From contig NC_086108.1 in assembly GCF_963921235.1 (NCBI RefSeq), positions 4,774,001 to 4,838,000 on the forward strand: a DNA stretch of 64,000 nucleotides. Reading direction: 5' to 3'. The position numbers were made by a program, and so were the translations under genes. The notes beneath the pieces are model-generated. The model did no database searches, had not been told where the DNA came from, and was given only the letters and a program-made list of their open reading frames with translations. This DNA is from Mobula hypostoma (taxonomy: Eukaryota). Below are positions 13,070 through 25,545 of this stretch, in pieces (the stretch's first letter is position 1; every line of letters starts with the position of its first letter).

Positions 13070-14480
13070 GACTATAAGACATAGGAGCAAAATTAGACCA
13101 CTTAACTCATTGAATCTCCTCCAGCCTTCCATCATGGCTCAATTCCATTCTCCTGCCTTCTCCTGTAACCTTTGACACCCTCTCTAATCAAGAACCTATC
13201 AACCTCTGGTTTAAATAAGCCCAATGACTTGGTCTCCACAGCTGCCTGTGGCAGTGACTTCCACAGATTCACCGCTGGCTGCTGAAAGAAATTCCTCCTC
13301 ATCTGTTCTAAAGGAATGTCCTTCCATTCTGAAGCTGTGCCCTCTGGTTTTAGACTCCCTGCTGTTGGAATCATACTCCCTAAGTCCACTATATCTAAGC
13401 CTTTTAAAATTCGATAGGTTTCAAGGGGATCTTTCCCTCCCACTCAACCTTCTAAATTCCAGGAAATACAACCATTAAACATTTCTCATACCTAATTCTT
13501 TCATTCCCGGGGGTATTCTTGTAAGCCTCCTCTGCACACTCTCCAGTGCTAGCACAACCCAAAACTGCTCACAATAATAAGACCATAACATACAAGAGGA
13601 GAGATAGGCCTTTTGGCCATTCGAGCCTGCACTGCCATTTCATCATGGCTGATCAATTTCCCTCTTAGCACCAGTCTCCTGCCCTTCATGCCCTGACTAA
13701 TCAACTTCTGCCTTAAATATATGTGAAGACTTGGCCCTACAGCTGCCTGTGGCAAAGAATTCCACAGATTCACCACACTCTGGCTAAAGAATTTCCCCCT
13801 TATTTCTGTTCTAAATGGATATCCTTCTATACTGAGGCCGTGCCACTGGGCCCAGACTCCCCCATCATAGGAACGCAACCTCTCCACGTCCACTCTATAG
13901 AAACCTTACAACTTTCGAAAGGTTTCAGTGAATCCCGCCCCCCCCCTCGTTCTTCTGAATTCCAGTGGGTACAGGCCCAGAGCCATCAAACGCTCCTCAT
14001 ATGATAAGCCTTTCAATGCAGAATCATTCTTGTGAACCTCCTCTGAACCCTCTCCAATGCCAGCATATCATTTCTTAGATAAGGGGCTCAAAACTGCACC
14101 AATACCCCAAGTGAGGCCTCACCTGTGCTTCATAAAGTCTCAACATTACATCCTTGCTTTTATATTCTAGTCCTCTTGAAATGAATTCTAATATCACATG
14201 TGCCTTCCTCACCATCGACTCAACCTGCAAATTAACTTTCAGGAAATCCCTTTGCACCTTGGAATTTTCAATTTTCTCTCCATTTAGAAAATAGTCTGTG
14301 CTTTTACTTCTTCTATCAAAATGAATGATCATAAACTTCCTGACACTGTATTCCATCTGCCACTTCTCTGTCCATTCTCCTAATCTGTCCAAGTCCTTGT
14401 ACAGAGCCCCGCTTCCTCAACACTATCTAACCCTCCATCAATCGTAGTATCATCCGCAAGCTTGGCCACAAAGCTATATA
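13070..14480 (-). mobile_element. Two adjacent CR1 LINE 3' fragments
   Basis: ORF pieces LETYRILKGLD, NLWNSLPQ, SKDVMLRLY.AQVRPHL; CR1-type 3' tails near 13072 and 13578. Confidence 0.8.
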
Positions 14481-14781
14481 GGGAGAAGGAAAATGAAGGC
14501 TCATAGTGCTGGTAGTTTTCTGACTCCTGAGGCTGGTATGGTAATCCATGACTTGCCATGACCCAACACCCAAAGAGGAAAACTACTAGTTTTCGCTCAC
14601 CTCTCCTTCCTCATCTCAGGTTGAGTAAGAACACCTCAGCTTTGGTCAACTGCTCAACGGACAATAGGAAAAAGAGTCTCTTGTTCCTCTGCATCTTCAT
14701 ACTTGTCTTGATTCATATTTGCCTTTTTTTGATATTCTTATTTTTTAATTTATTCTAGGGCTTTTGAAGAGTCGATTATTA

Positions 14782-15629
14782 TAGTGAATTCTGATTAATT
14801 GGGCCATTGGTTAATCGGGGCAGCTGCTTATTTGGGACAACTGCTAAAGAACAAAAACTAAACGAGAAAATAGCCGGGATTCCCTTTGTTTATTTGGGAC
14901 ACTATGCCGCTTAATTGGGGCAAGAGACTGTTGCCAAACAGTTTCTAACTAGTGTCAGTCACAAGCACTTGCGTGGCCATTACACCACACTGGTAATGGA
15001 GAACAGTTTTACCATAGTGCCAGTTGTGTGGGTTTATGTTCAAAAAGCAGTGATTTTTGTCACTGACAGTTGGCAAGAGATAAGCAGAGAGACATTACAG
15101 AACTGTTTTACTCACTCCAATTTTAAACATCCAGGCTTGCAGATGCCAGAAATGGCTGGGAATGAAAATGAAATGATTTTGCTGCTTCAACAAGCTCGGA
15201 ACTACTAAGTATTTGAAGATAGTGACAACTATCTTGAACGTTAGAATGAAAATTAAGATTTGTAAGATACAATCCATTATCCATTTGGAAGGAAGTCCAT
15301 TATCTAGATGCAGTGTCTGCACTGATTTTGTTCGTTCAAAAGAACGTGTACACTGGTTGAATTCCTCCGTCAATAACTATTAGGAACTAATACACAGTTT
15401 TATAGTACTGTAGTAGTAGTGGTAGTGTTCTAATTTGTTCTGTATTTCTTTAAATACATAATTTGTTTCTCAGTTAAAGGGTAGTTTGTTTTTTATACCT
15501 GTTTTTAACTATTTCCTTGAAAAAGTAGCTAGCGATCCATTTCCTTGTAACTTTGGCTAATTGGGATAGATGCTGAAATGGACCGAAATATACTGGTCCC
15601 CATTAGTCCCAACTAATCAGAATTTACTG
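14782..15629 (+). mobile_element. pogo/Tigger-like non-autonomous DNA transposon
   Basis: Termini TAGTGAATTCTGATTAATTGGG...CCCAACTAATCAGAATTTACTG; residual AVIFVTDSWQEISRETLQNCF resembles a pogo/Tigger C-terminus; related copies at about 60130-61665 and 61700-61938. Confidence 0.7.
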
Positions 15630-16062
15630 CATTGTGAGAATAAAATGTAAACCACAATACGTTCCACTGATCATCGAACTAGTTGGACCTCATTTTGGAA
15701 TGCTTTCAATCATTCTGTGTAGCAACAAGGGAAGAGGCTGACCAGATTGCTGGGAGAAAGCTTGAAAAAGTTTGGAATACTGTCCTTGGACGACAGAACA
15801 TTGAAGCAGGCCTTTTCAAAAGGAGGCAATGTTTGGGTACATGACTTGGGTGATGGGGGTCCCTAATTATATCTGCTGTTCTCCTGCTACAACACCTCGT
15901 GTAGATCTGCATTAGTGCTTCCATACCAGACGATGCAGCCAGTCAATATACTCTCCACCACACATCTAAAGAAGTTTACCAAAGTTTTAGATGTCATGCT
16001 GAATCTGCGCAAACTCCTAAGAAAGTAGTGGCGCTGCTATGCCTTCTTTGTAATTGCACTTA

Positions 16063-17843
16063 CAGTGGCTATAGTAAGTATTCACACCCCCATCCCCCCT
16101 TGGAAGCTTTCATGTTTTATTGTTTTACAACATTTGCAAATTACCAGAGACAGATAGCTAAGGAAATACTTCTTAATTCTCAAAAATCATAATCCTTCCT
16201 ATAGAGTTGTGACCAGAATTCCACACAGATCTCCAGTGTATGTTTTATAAGGTTTATTTACAGTGCCTATAAAAAGTATACACTACCCTTGGAAGTTTTC
16301 ATGTTTTATTGTTTTACAACATTGAATCATAGTGGATTTAATTTGGCTTTTTTGACACTGATCAACAGAAAAAGACACTTTTGTGTCAAAGTGAAAACAG
16401 ATCTCTACAAAGTGATCAAAATTAATTACAAATATAAAAAATAATTCATTGTTTAAGTATTCAACCCCTCTAGCGTGACACAACGAGTCATCACGGGTGC
16501 AGCCAATTGGTTTTAGAAGTCACATAATTAGTTAATTGGAGATCTGTTTTGGGAGACCTGTATGCAGTCAAGATGTTTCAATTGATTGTAGTAAAAATAC
16601 ACCTGTATCTGGAAGGTCCAACTGCTGGTGAGTCAGTATCCTGGCAAAAGCTACACCGTGAAGACAAAAGAACACTCCAAGCAACTCTGGAAAAAGGTTA
16701 TTGAAAAGCACAAGTCAGGAGATGGATACTAGAAAATTTCCAAGTCACTGAATATCCCTTGGAGTAAAGTTAACAGTCATCAGGAAATGGAAAGAATGTG
16801 GCACAGCTGTAAATCTGCCTAGAGCAGGCCGTCCTCAGAAAACAGTGAAAAGATGGGGACTAGTGAGGGAGGCCACCAAGAGATCTATGACAACTCTGGA
16901 GGAGTTACAAGCTTCAGTGGCTGAGATGGAAGAGACTGTGCATACAATAACTGTTGCCCGGGCTCTTCACCAGTCACAGCTTTATGGGAGAGTGGCAAAG
17001 AGAAAGCCACTGTTGAAAAAAATTTCACATGAAATCTCGGCTTGAGTTTGCCAGAAGGCACGTGGGAGACTCTGAAATCAGCTGGAAGAAGATTCTATGG
17101 CCTGCTGAAACCAAAATTGAGCTGTCAAACAGCGCATATCGTCAAAAACATACCATCCCTACTGTGAAGCATGGTGGTGGCTGCATCATGCTGTGGGAAT
17201 ACTTCACTGCAACAGGCCCTGGAAGGCTTGTGAAGGTAGAGGGTAAAATGAATGCAGCAAAATACAGGGAAATCCTGGAGGAAAACCTAATGCAGTCTGC
17301 AAGAAAACTACAACTTCGGAGAAGATTTGTTTTCCAGCAAGACAATGACCTCAAGCGTAAAGCCAAAGCTACACAGGAATGCCTTAAAAACAACAAAGTT
17401 AAGGTCCTGGAGTGGCCAAGTCACAGTCCTAACCTCAACAGAGAATTTATAAATGGACTGAAAAGAGCTGTTCATCATGATCCCCATGCAATCTAAGAGT
17501 TTGAACAGTTTTGTAAAGAATGGGGAAAAACTGCAGTGTCCAGCTGTGCAAAGCTGATAGAGACCTATCCACACAGACTCAAGACTGTAATTGCTGTCAA
17601 AGATGCATCGACTGAAAACTGACTTGAAGGAGGTGAATACTTACGCAATCAATTATTTTGTTTTTTATATATTTGTAATTAATTAAGATCACTTTGTAGA
17701 GATCTGTTTTCACTTTGACATGAAAGAGTTTTTTTTTCTCGGTGTCAAAAAAGCCAAATTAAATCCACAGTGACTCAATGTTGTAAAACAATAAAACATG
17801 AAAACTTTCAAGGGGGTGGGGTGAATACTTTTTATAGGCACTG
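16063..17843 (+). mobile_element. Tc1 transposon (complete copy 16261-17843) with an extra outer left terminus
   Basis: TA|CAGTGCCTATAAAAAGTAT...ATACTTTTTATAGGCACTG|TA; transposase pieces 16845-17045 and 17029-17496 (TVKHGGG, FQQDND, WPSHSPNLN); second left terminus at 16063-16133. Confidence 0.9.
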
Positions 17844-18090
17844 TATGTGCTGGGCCCAGGACAGGTCCCCTGAAATGATAACTCTGATGGATTTAAAGTT
17901 GCTGGCCCTCTCTTCCACTGATCCTCCAATGAGGACTGGCTCATCGACCTCTGGTTTCCTCCTCCTGAAGTCTATAATTTGCTCCTTGGTCTTGCTGACA
18001 TTGAGTTAAAGGTCGTTGCTGTGGCACCACTCAACTGTGCTAATGTTGTGAAAGGAATTCCACGTACTTTCTGTTATTAAGCCCTCACCT

Positions 18091-18216
18091 CAGTGACATC
18101 ACTAACACACATTCACAGTGACATCACTCACCTGTAATACACATTCACAGTGACATCACTCACCTGTAACACAAATTCACAGTGACATCACTCACCTGTA
18201 GCACACATTCTCAGTG
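18091..18216. repeat. 32-bp tandem repeat spanning the exon 6 splice donor
   Basis: Units start with CAGTG at 18091 (25 bp), 18116, 18148, 18180 and 18212 (partial). Confidence 0.93.
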
Positions 18217-18353
18217 CATGGATTATTGACCCTGACAATGACGAACACATGCTGGAAGTGGGAACGGACAGTCTTTGGTGTGAATGGCAGAGCCCCGGGT
18301 TCCTGGAAAATGATGGTGACGATGTCATTGCCGATGTGCCGCTTTCGGAGAAG
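18196..18353 (-). CDS. SIPA1L3: SIPA1L3 coding exon 6 (158 nt, RapGAP catalytic motif)
   Basis: CTCACAG|CTT...; [52 protein letters not shown]; intact KRHIGND (catalytic Asn of RapGAPs); donor AG|GTGAGT; phase 0 to 2. Confidence 0.96.
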
Positions 18354-20658
18354 CTGTGAGAACACACAGGTATTGGCTCATTAACAACGGGCTGCAAAAT
18401 ACTCAATTTGGTACATCGTTTAGCCTCTGAATCACAAGTTCATGCAAGTCAGCAAAGTCATAATCAGAGAGAGATACTGTAATTGCCTCGAAACATATAA
18501 TGAAATGTGTCATTTGTTTCAAATCAAATTAGTGAGGTTGTGCTCGGGGCTGCCCATAAGTGTCACCGTGCTTCTGACACCAACATAGCACGCCCACAAC
18601 TTACTAACCCTGACCGTTATTATCTTAACATGCCAGTCCACGGTCATTCTTCTGCCAAGATGAGGCCACCTTCAGGGCGGAGGAGCAACAACTTATATTC
18701 CATCTGGGTAGCCTCTACCTGATGGTATGAATATCGAATTTCTCCTTTCAGTAAACAGACTTCCCAACTCCCTCCTGTATTCCCCACTCTGACCTTTCTC
18801 ACCTTCTCACCTGTCTATCACCTTACGCGAGTCCCTTCCTCCTTCCCTTTCTCCTGTTGTCCACTCTCTCCCTGTACACCTTTTGCCTGTAGGAGGAAAC
18901 CGGAGTACCCGGAAACCCATGCGATCAAGGGGAGAATGTACAAACTCCCAACAGACAGAAGATGGTACCGTAAAGCCTTGTGCTAATTGCTAGATCTATT
19001 ATCACCAACATGCATGACATGTAATGTCTTGTTTTAAGGCATCAGTTTATGGCAAGAACACAAAATTACTATAAATTACAAAAATAAGCGGTGCAAAGGA
19101 ATGTTCATGGTCTCAGACCTCCATATGTAGTTGTATCTGTCGCTACTACCTCTGTGCTTATATCTCTATGCAGTTTAGGGCTTCATGAACACTCAGTTTT
19201 TAAATATTTATTTAGTGAAACAGCACGGTACGCTATTACTGTAGATCTTTAAATACTATATTTCAAACAACTAACACAGCTGTAAATTATGTAATAATTG
19301 ATCATTCCAGGTTGAGATTTATGTATCCTGTGTATATACAATGAAATGCATCGTTTGTGTTAACAACCAACATACGTAAGGATGAGCTGGGGTCAGCCTG
19401 CAAGTCTCTCCACACGAATGAATCCGGTGCCAACATAGTAAGCCCACAATGTTCAGCAGAACAACACAGAACACAACAAGCAACAAAACAGCAGCAAAAC
19501 AGGCCCCGTTCCTCCCTCCCACCCACCCCCTTTATAGGTTTTGTAATTCTTGTCTTGAAGGTATGACAATTTTCCTTCTGTAGGTTTTCACAAATTCATC
19601 ACATGGAGGTGGTCGTTAGTCTTCTGAGAGCGTCAGCCACTCGGAATCTGATGGTGCCCTCACTAATCAGTGGTAAGATGCATAGCTCCTTGCCCCAGCT
19701 CAGACGTACAGAGATCACTGTGTGGGAAGCCCCTGTTAGAATTTTCTCATGAAATCTTGGTCATCATGGTTTACATAACTCTGTATTCACTTGCAGAACT
19801 CAGCAACCAGCGTATTGCTGGATTTATCGTACAACCTTCAGACATACATACCCTCACAAACAAAGCATGGCATGGTAGCACAGTGCTCAGCACATGCTTT
19901 GCAGTACAAGTGACCTGGATTCAGCTCCCACTGCCGCCCGTAAGGAGTTTGTACTTTCTCCCAGTGACCACGTAGATTTCCTCCAGGTGCTCCAGTCTCC
20001 TCCCACAGCCCAAAGATGTCCCGGTTGGTAGGTTAGTCAGTCATTGTAAATTGTCCCGTGATTAGGCTAGCATTAAATCAGAGATTGCTGAGCAGTGTGG
20101 CGCGAAGTGCAGGCAGGGCCTACTCCACGCTGTATTGCTAAATAGACAAACATTTCTTTTTGCTTGGTTGTCAGGAATTTGAATGCATTCCTGGAAACGG
20201 ATGACAGAAGCAAATTCCACAAAAGAAATTTAAAGGCCAATGGGTAAAGTTTGGAGGATGAAACAGTTCCTGCGTTATAGTCAAAGAATGGGGTGGAGAA
20301 TGGAGCATGCTTTCACATTCAAAGGCATCATGATCAAACAGTCCCCTCGTGCTGTGATTTATTTTACAGGTCAGCACAGCGCTTTGCAGTGCAGGTGACC
20401 CGGGTCCAATTCCCACTGCTGCCTGTAAAGAGTTTGTACATTCTCCCTGTGACCGCGTGGGTTTCCTCCGGGTGCTCCCGCACTCCAAAGACGTACTGGT
20501 TGGTGAGTTGATTAACCATTGTAAATTGTCCCGTAATAGGCTAGGATTAAATCAGGGGTTGTTGAGTAGCAAGGATCAAAGTGCTGGAAAGGCCAACTCC
20601 ACACTGTATTTCAATAAAATTAAAAAAAAAGGTAATGGCCATTACAAATATTACCAAC

Positions 20659-20762
20659 CTGCTGCCGATTGTTAGGGGTGTATGGAAGCATGGTGGACAC
20701 ATGGAACATGATCTCATAGTCCAGGTACGTTGCGTAGAGGGAGTGAGTTCCAGTCGAGTCCG
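20659..20762 (-). CDS. SIPA1L3: SIPA1L3 coding exon 5 (104 nt, RapGAP)
   Basis: TATTTTCAG|CG...; (T)[34 protein letters not shown]; donor CAG|GTTGGT; phase 1 to 0. Confidence 0.95.
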
Positions 20763-21248
20763 CTGAAAATAGAAAACATTTTAATATTACTTTCAAGAAC
20801 TATCACCAGAAAGAGTAACACCATCAGGACTGTCTTATTCACGTCTCATTACTGTCTTATGTCTTATTAGTAAGGAACAGGAGAAGGCAAGACAATGGGG
20901 TTGAGAGGGATAATGATTCAGCCAGGATGGAATGGCTGAGCAGACTCAACGGGCCGAATGGTCTATTTGCTTCTATGCCTTATTAACTGCCTGGGGAGGG
21001 GACGGGGGAAGAAATATTCAAGGTGGCGTGAAGTTTTTGTTTTAATAGGCTAATGGCACTTTCCAGAAGGGAGCTGTGGAGGCCGAGTTATTTAAAGCAG
21101 AGGGTGATCTGTTTTTGATTGGTAAGGATGTCAAAGTTACGAGGAAAAGACAGGAGAATGAATTTGAGAGGGTTAATAAATCAGCCATGATGGAACGGCA
21201 GAGCAGAGTTGCCTAATTCTGCTCTTTTTATGTGTAACTGTATTTTAC

Positions 21249-21549
21249 TACTACTACTACTACGACTTCGACTCAGGCCTAGGGGGCCGGCGTTGGGCAC
21301 GATGACGGACTCTCCACTTCTCCGGCTCCCTCATCAGTGTGTTCAGTTTATCTACATTAGCCACACCACTGTCTTCTAGGAGCGTAGGACCATAGTCTTG
21401 GGAGGGTGCCCAGGGTTCATCCTCCCATGCTTGGGCTCCCATATGATGACTAGGCTGGCAGGTAGTTCGGGGTGGCGTAGACAGTGTCCCGCTAGTTGCA
21501 GTCTTCTCGCCTCGATTTTAGTGGAGAGCATCGGTAGGTTGGTATAGTA
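21249..21549 (-). mobile_element. RTE-clade LINE 3' fragment with target-site duplication
   Basis: Minus strand reads KIEARRLQLAGHCLRHPELPASLVIIWEPKHGR; (TAG)n tail; AACTGTATTTTAC repeated at 21236 and 21550. Confidence 0.75.
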
Positions 21550-22069
21550 AACTGTATTTTACTGCAATCTTATATGTGCTAAATGACCCTTGTGCTGTGT
21601 ATGACTGTTAATATTGTGTTTCATACCTTGGCCCCAGAGGAACGCTGTTTTGTTAAGCTGTATTCATGGGTATTCATGTGTGGTTGAATGACAATTACAC
21701 CTTAACTAAAATCGAAGAATGCTAGAATTCCACAGCTAGGCCGTGACAATCCGTAAAACTCAAGGCCAGTTGACCATTGGAATGCTACCCACTAAGGTTC
21801 CTCAGGAGATGCAAACCCTTTAAATACTTTTGCTGTTATTACAATGTATTTTTGATTCACCTTTTGATCTTTATTTCAATTTTCCCCCAGTTGTCATCAC
21901 CGATTAACTGGACTTTGAAAACTCGCATTCATTCCTCAACCAAACTTTATTTTACTTGTGCAGAAGAAAACAGCATGGCCCGTCACACACATTAAAGTCT
22001 GACACAGAGAAATGCCAATTTTATATAGAATTAACGAGCAGTTATGAATATTAACCATTTGGCAAATAG

Positions 22070-22860
22070 TGTGGGTTTGATGTTGCTGTGTTTGCCGAGC
22101 TTGGCAACTAGCCTGCAGATGTTTTATCACCAGTTGAGGTGACATCCTCAGTGAGCAGAGGTTGGTGTTTCCCTCTGGGAGTGCTCGCGTTTATATAGGA
22201 CCCCACACACTTGCCTCGGTCCTGATTGGCTACCCCTTCAGATGACCTTCAAATTCTATTGGCTCATATTTCTTTGACTCTTAGGAGTTCCAGATGATAT
22301 GTTTCTTTACAGAGTTATCAGAAGAGAACTATGCTTCTGAAAATTCTCATGCCTGTGTCGTGTTTCCCATTTAAAGTGGTGTTCTTCTCTGTCTTCATGT
22401 ACGATAGTGGATCAAGTGTCCAAACTGCTAGGTGTATGTTTGAATTCTTTATTTGGAAGATCAATCACCATTCACAATACAGGCGTTAAAATCAAAACTG
22501 CTGATACTTTGAAGTTTATTTTAAACGATGTTTTGCATCCTCCTGCTACATACTTATCTCATCTCCCTATGCAAAGAGAAGCTCTGCTCTTCAAAGCCCG
22601 TACTCGCCTGGCTGTCTGCATTCCATCCCTACCTGGACATTATGTTAACCCTTGCCTTGCCGCAACTTCAACACAATCCACAGAAAGTAAACCGATACGC
22701 TAATAAACCAACTGAAATGTGGAAGCAGTCTTTTTTTTTGTATTAAGTCTTACACTTCCCTCACAGCTTCTCACCACTTTGATCAATGCTGTTGAAAGGA
22801 CTCCCTTTCTTCCAGGGTCCATGCCTCGCTCCTTTTGCAATTTTTCTTCTTCACATCTGT
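22070..22860 (-). mobile_element. Penelope-like remnants, same family as 4420-4910
   Basis: 22070-22420 is reverse-complement similar to 4540-4910, including the hammerhead-like motif. The extent beyond 22420 is tentative. Confidence 0.55.
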
Positions 22861-23308
22861 CATCAGCTTTCTGAACCCATGAACACTAGTAACACCTTAT
22901 ATTCCATCTGGGTAGTCTCTAACTGGATGGTATGAATATTGATTTCTCCTTCTGGTTACAATTCCCCCCCCCCCCGTCTATTTCCCGCTCTGACCTCTTA
23001 CCTCTTCTCACTTCCCCGGTGCCCCTCCTCCTTTCCTTTCTGCTATGGTCCACTCTCCTCTCCTATCAGATCCTTTCTTTCCAGCCCTCTATCTTCACCT
23101 ATCACCTTCCAGCTATCCTCCTTCCCCACTCTCCCCACCTTTTTATTCTGGCATCTTTCCCCTTCCTTTCCAGTCCTCAAAAAGGGTCTTGCCCCAAAAC
23201 AATGACTGTCTATTTATTTCCATAGATACTGCCTTTTTCTGGTGGGTTCCTCCTGCATTCTGATTAGGAAATAACTATTAAAAACCATTTATTTAAAAAT
23301 GCACTTAC

Positions 23309-23483
23309 TTTTTGTATCCAGTTGTGCTGCATATTTATTAAAACCCTTGAGGAGTACTTTTTCCCCAAGTTGATCCAGGAATTCCTCAAAGGCAGGACCT
23401 GCTTCCTCATTGTTGTACATCTCTTCTTCAGAGCCCTGGCCAGCTGTACAATACAGAATGCCGACTTTATGCTTTCTACTGAG
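23309..23483 (-). CDS. SIPA1L3: SIPA1L3 coding exon 4 (175 nt, RapGAP domain start)
   Basis: CTCTACAG|CTC...; [58 protein letters not shown]; donor A|GTAAGT; phase 0 to 1. Confidence 0.96.
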
Positions 23484-24073
23484 CTGTAGAGGTAATAAAA
23501 GCACAACAGTCACCAGCAAATCAATAATAAATCAAAGGCAGCTTTGCATCCATTCGTTAACAGGGTTTCCCTCTTGTTGTAAAATTAGTCAGCTCCAATA
23601 TGGGCACCAGCCTCTGTAGTATCCAAGACACCTTGAAGGAGCGATGCCTCAGAAAAGGCGTCCATCATTAAGGACCCCATCACCCAGGGCCTGCCCTCTT
23701 CTCATCGCTACCACCAGGAAAGAGGTACAGAAGTCTGAAGGCACACACTCAATGATTCAAGAACAGCCTCTTCCCCTCCATCATCTGATTTCTGAATGAA
23801 CATTGAACCCGTAAACACAACCTCCCTACTTTTTTATTTCCGTCTTTGCACTACTTATTTAACTATTTCATATATATATTTACTGTAATTCGGAGTTCTT
23901 TTTCTATGTTATCATGTATTGTATTGTACTGTTGCCGCAAAGTTAACAATTTCACAACATATGCCGGTGATATTAAACCTGATACTGGTTCTTGCTCTCA
24001 TCCATTGATCCACACCTTGCATAACCCCTAAATATAACTTCCAACTGAAAGAGCCAGCTTCCAGACCTTTGTA

Positions 24074-24550
24074 CGAGGGGTGATTGATAAGTTTGTGGCC
24101 TAAGGTAGAAGGAGTCAATTTTAGAAAACCTAGCACATTTATTTCTCAACATAGTCCCCTCCTACATTTACGCACTTAGTGCAGTGGTCGTGGAGCATAC
24201 GGATCTTGGACTTCCAGGAAGTGTCCGCAGCAGGGGTGATTGATAAGTTCGTGGCCTAAGGTAGAAGGCGATGAGTTATTAACTTCAAACTTTCTGCATA
24301 ATCACTCAAAGAGTTGAACTGCGTGTGTATGAAACGAGAGCTGTATAACTCATCTCCTTCTACCTTAGGCCACTAACTTATCAATCACCCCTGCTGTGGA
24401 CACTTCCTGGAAGTCCAAGATCCGTATGCTCCACGACCGCTGGACTAAGTTTGTAAATGTAGGAGGGGACTATGTTGAAAAATAAATGTGCTAGGTTTTC
24501 TAAAATTGACTCCTTCTACCTTAGGCCACGAACTTATCAATCACCGCTCG
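24074..24550. mobile_element. Mariner-type palindromic MITE (477 bp) with internally repeated termini
   Basis: TA|CGAGGGGTGATTGATAAGTT...AACTTATCAATCACCGCTCG; inverted arms of about 205 bp; the terminal ~37 bp recur at about 24232-24268 and 24355-24391. Confidence 0.85.
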
Positions 24551-25114
24551 TTATGTACCGCCACCAGGTAGGTTAGGTACTTTGGCATACTCAAAGTGCT
24601 GGAGGAACTCAGCAAGTCAAGCAGCGTCTATGGAGGGGAGCACAGTCAAAGTTTCTGGGTCGAGATCTTTCATCGGGACTTGATGAAGTGACGGAAAATC
24701 TGAAATAAAAATAGAAAATGCTCACCTCCTGTCCTCTCCTCACCTGCCCACCTGTGTTTTCCCTCCTCTCCTCCCGTGGTCCTGATGAAGGATCGTGGCT
24801 CTCCTCTCCTATCAGATTCCTCCTTCAGCCCTTTACCCCTCCCAGCTACTACCTCTCAACCATGAGAATCTTGAATAGTGGGGTTAACTACACTCACTTG
24901 CTCCACCATTGATGTTCCCACAACCAATTATCTGACTTAAGGGCTCTTTATCTCATTATCTTATGTTTTGTTATTTATTGCTATTTATTTATATTTGCAT
25001 TTGCACAGTTTTTTTGTCATCTACACTCTGGTAGATCTTTCATTGATCCTGTTATAGTTACTATATAGATTTGTTGAGTATTCCCACAGGAAAATGAATG
25101 TCAAGGGTGTATAT

Positions 25115-25545
25115 AGACAATAGACAATAGGTGCAGGAGTAGGCCATTCGGCCCTTCAAGCCAGCACCGCCATTCACTGTGATCATGGCTGATCATCCAC
25201 TAATAGTATCCAGTTCCTGCCTTATCCCCATCACCTTTGATTCCGCTATCTTTGAGAGCTCTATCCATCTCTTTCTTGAAAGTATCCAGAGACTTGGCCT
25301 CCACAGCCTTCTGGGGCAGAGCATTCCATATATCCACCACTCTCTGGGTGAAAAAGTTTTTCCTCAACTCCGTTCTAAATGGCCCACCCCTAATTCTTAA
25401 ACTGTGGCCTCTGGTTCTGGACTCACCCATCAGCGGGAACATGCTTCCTGCCTCCAGCGTGTCCAATCCCTTAATAATCTTATATGTTTCAATAAGATCC
25501 CCTCTCAGCCTTCTAAATTCCAGAGTATACAAGCCCAGTCGTTTG
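25115..25545 (-). mobile_element. CR1 LINE 3' end
   Basis: RLGLYTLEFRRLRGDLIETYKIIKGLD...NFFTQRVVDIWNALP; TAGACAA tandem tail. Confidence 0.88.

Noticed and set aside
18091..18216. CRISPR-like 32-bp repeats
   Set aside because: No unique spacers, no cas genes, vertebrate context; a simple tandem duplication.
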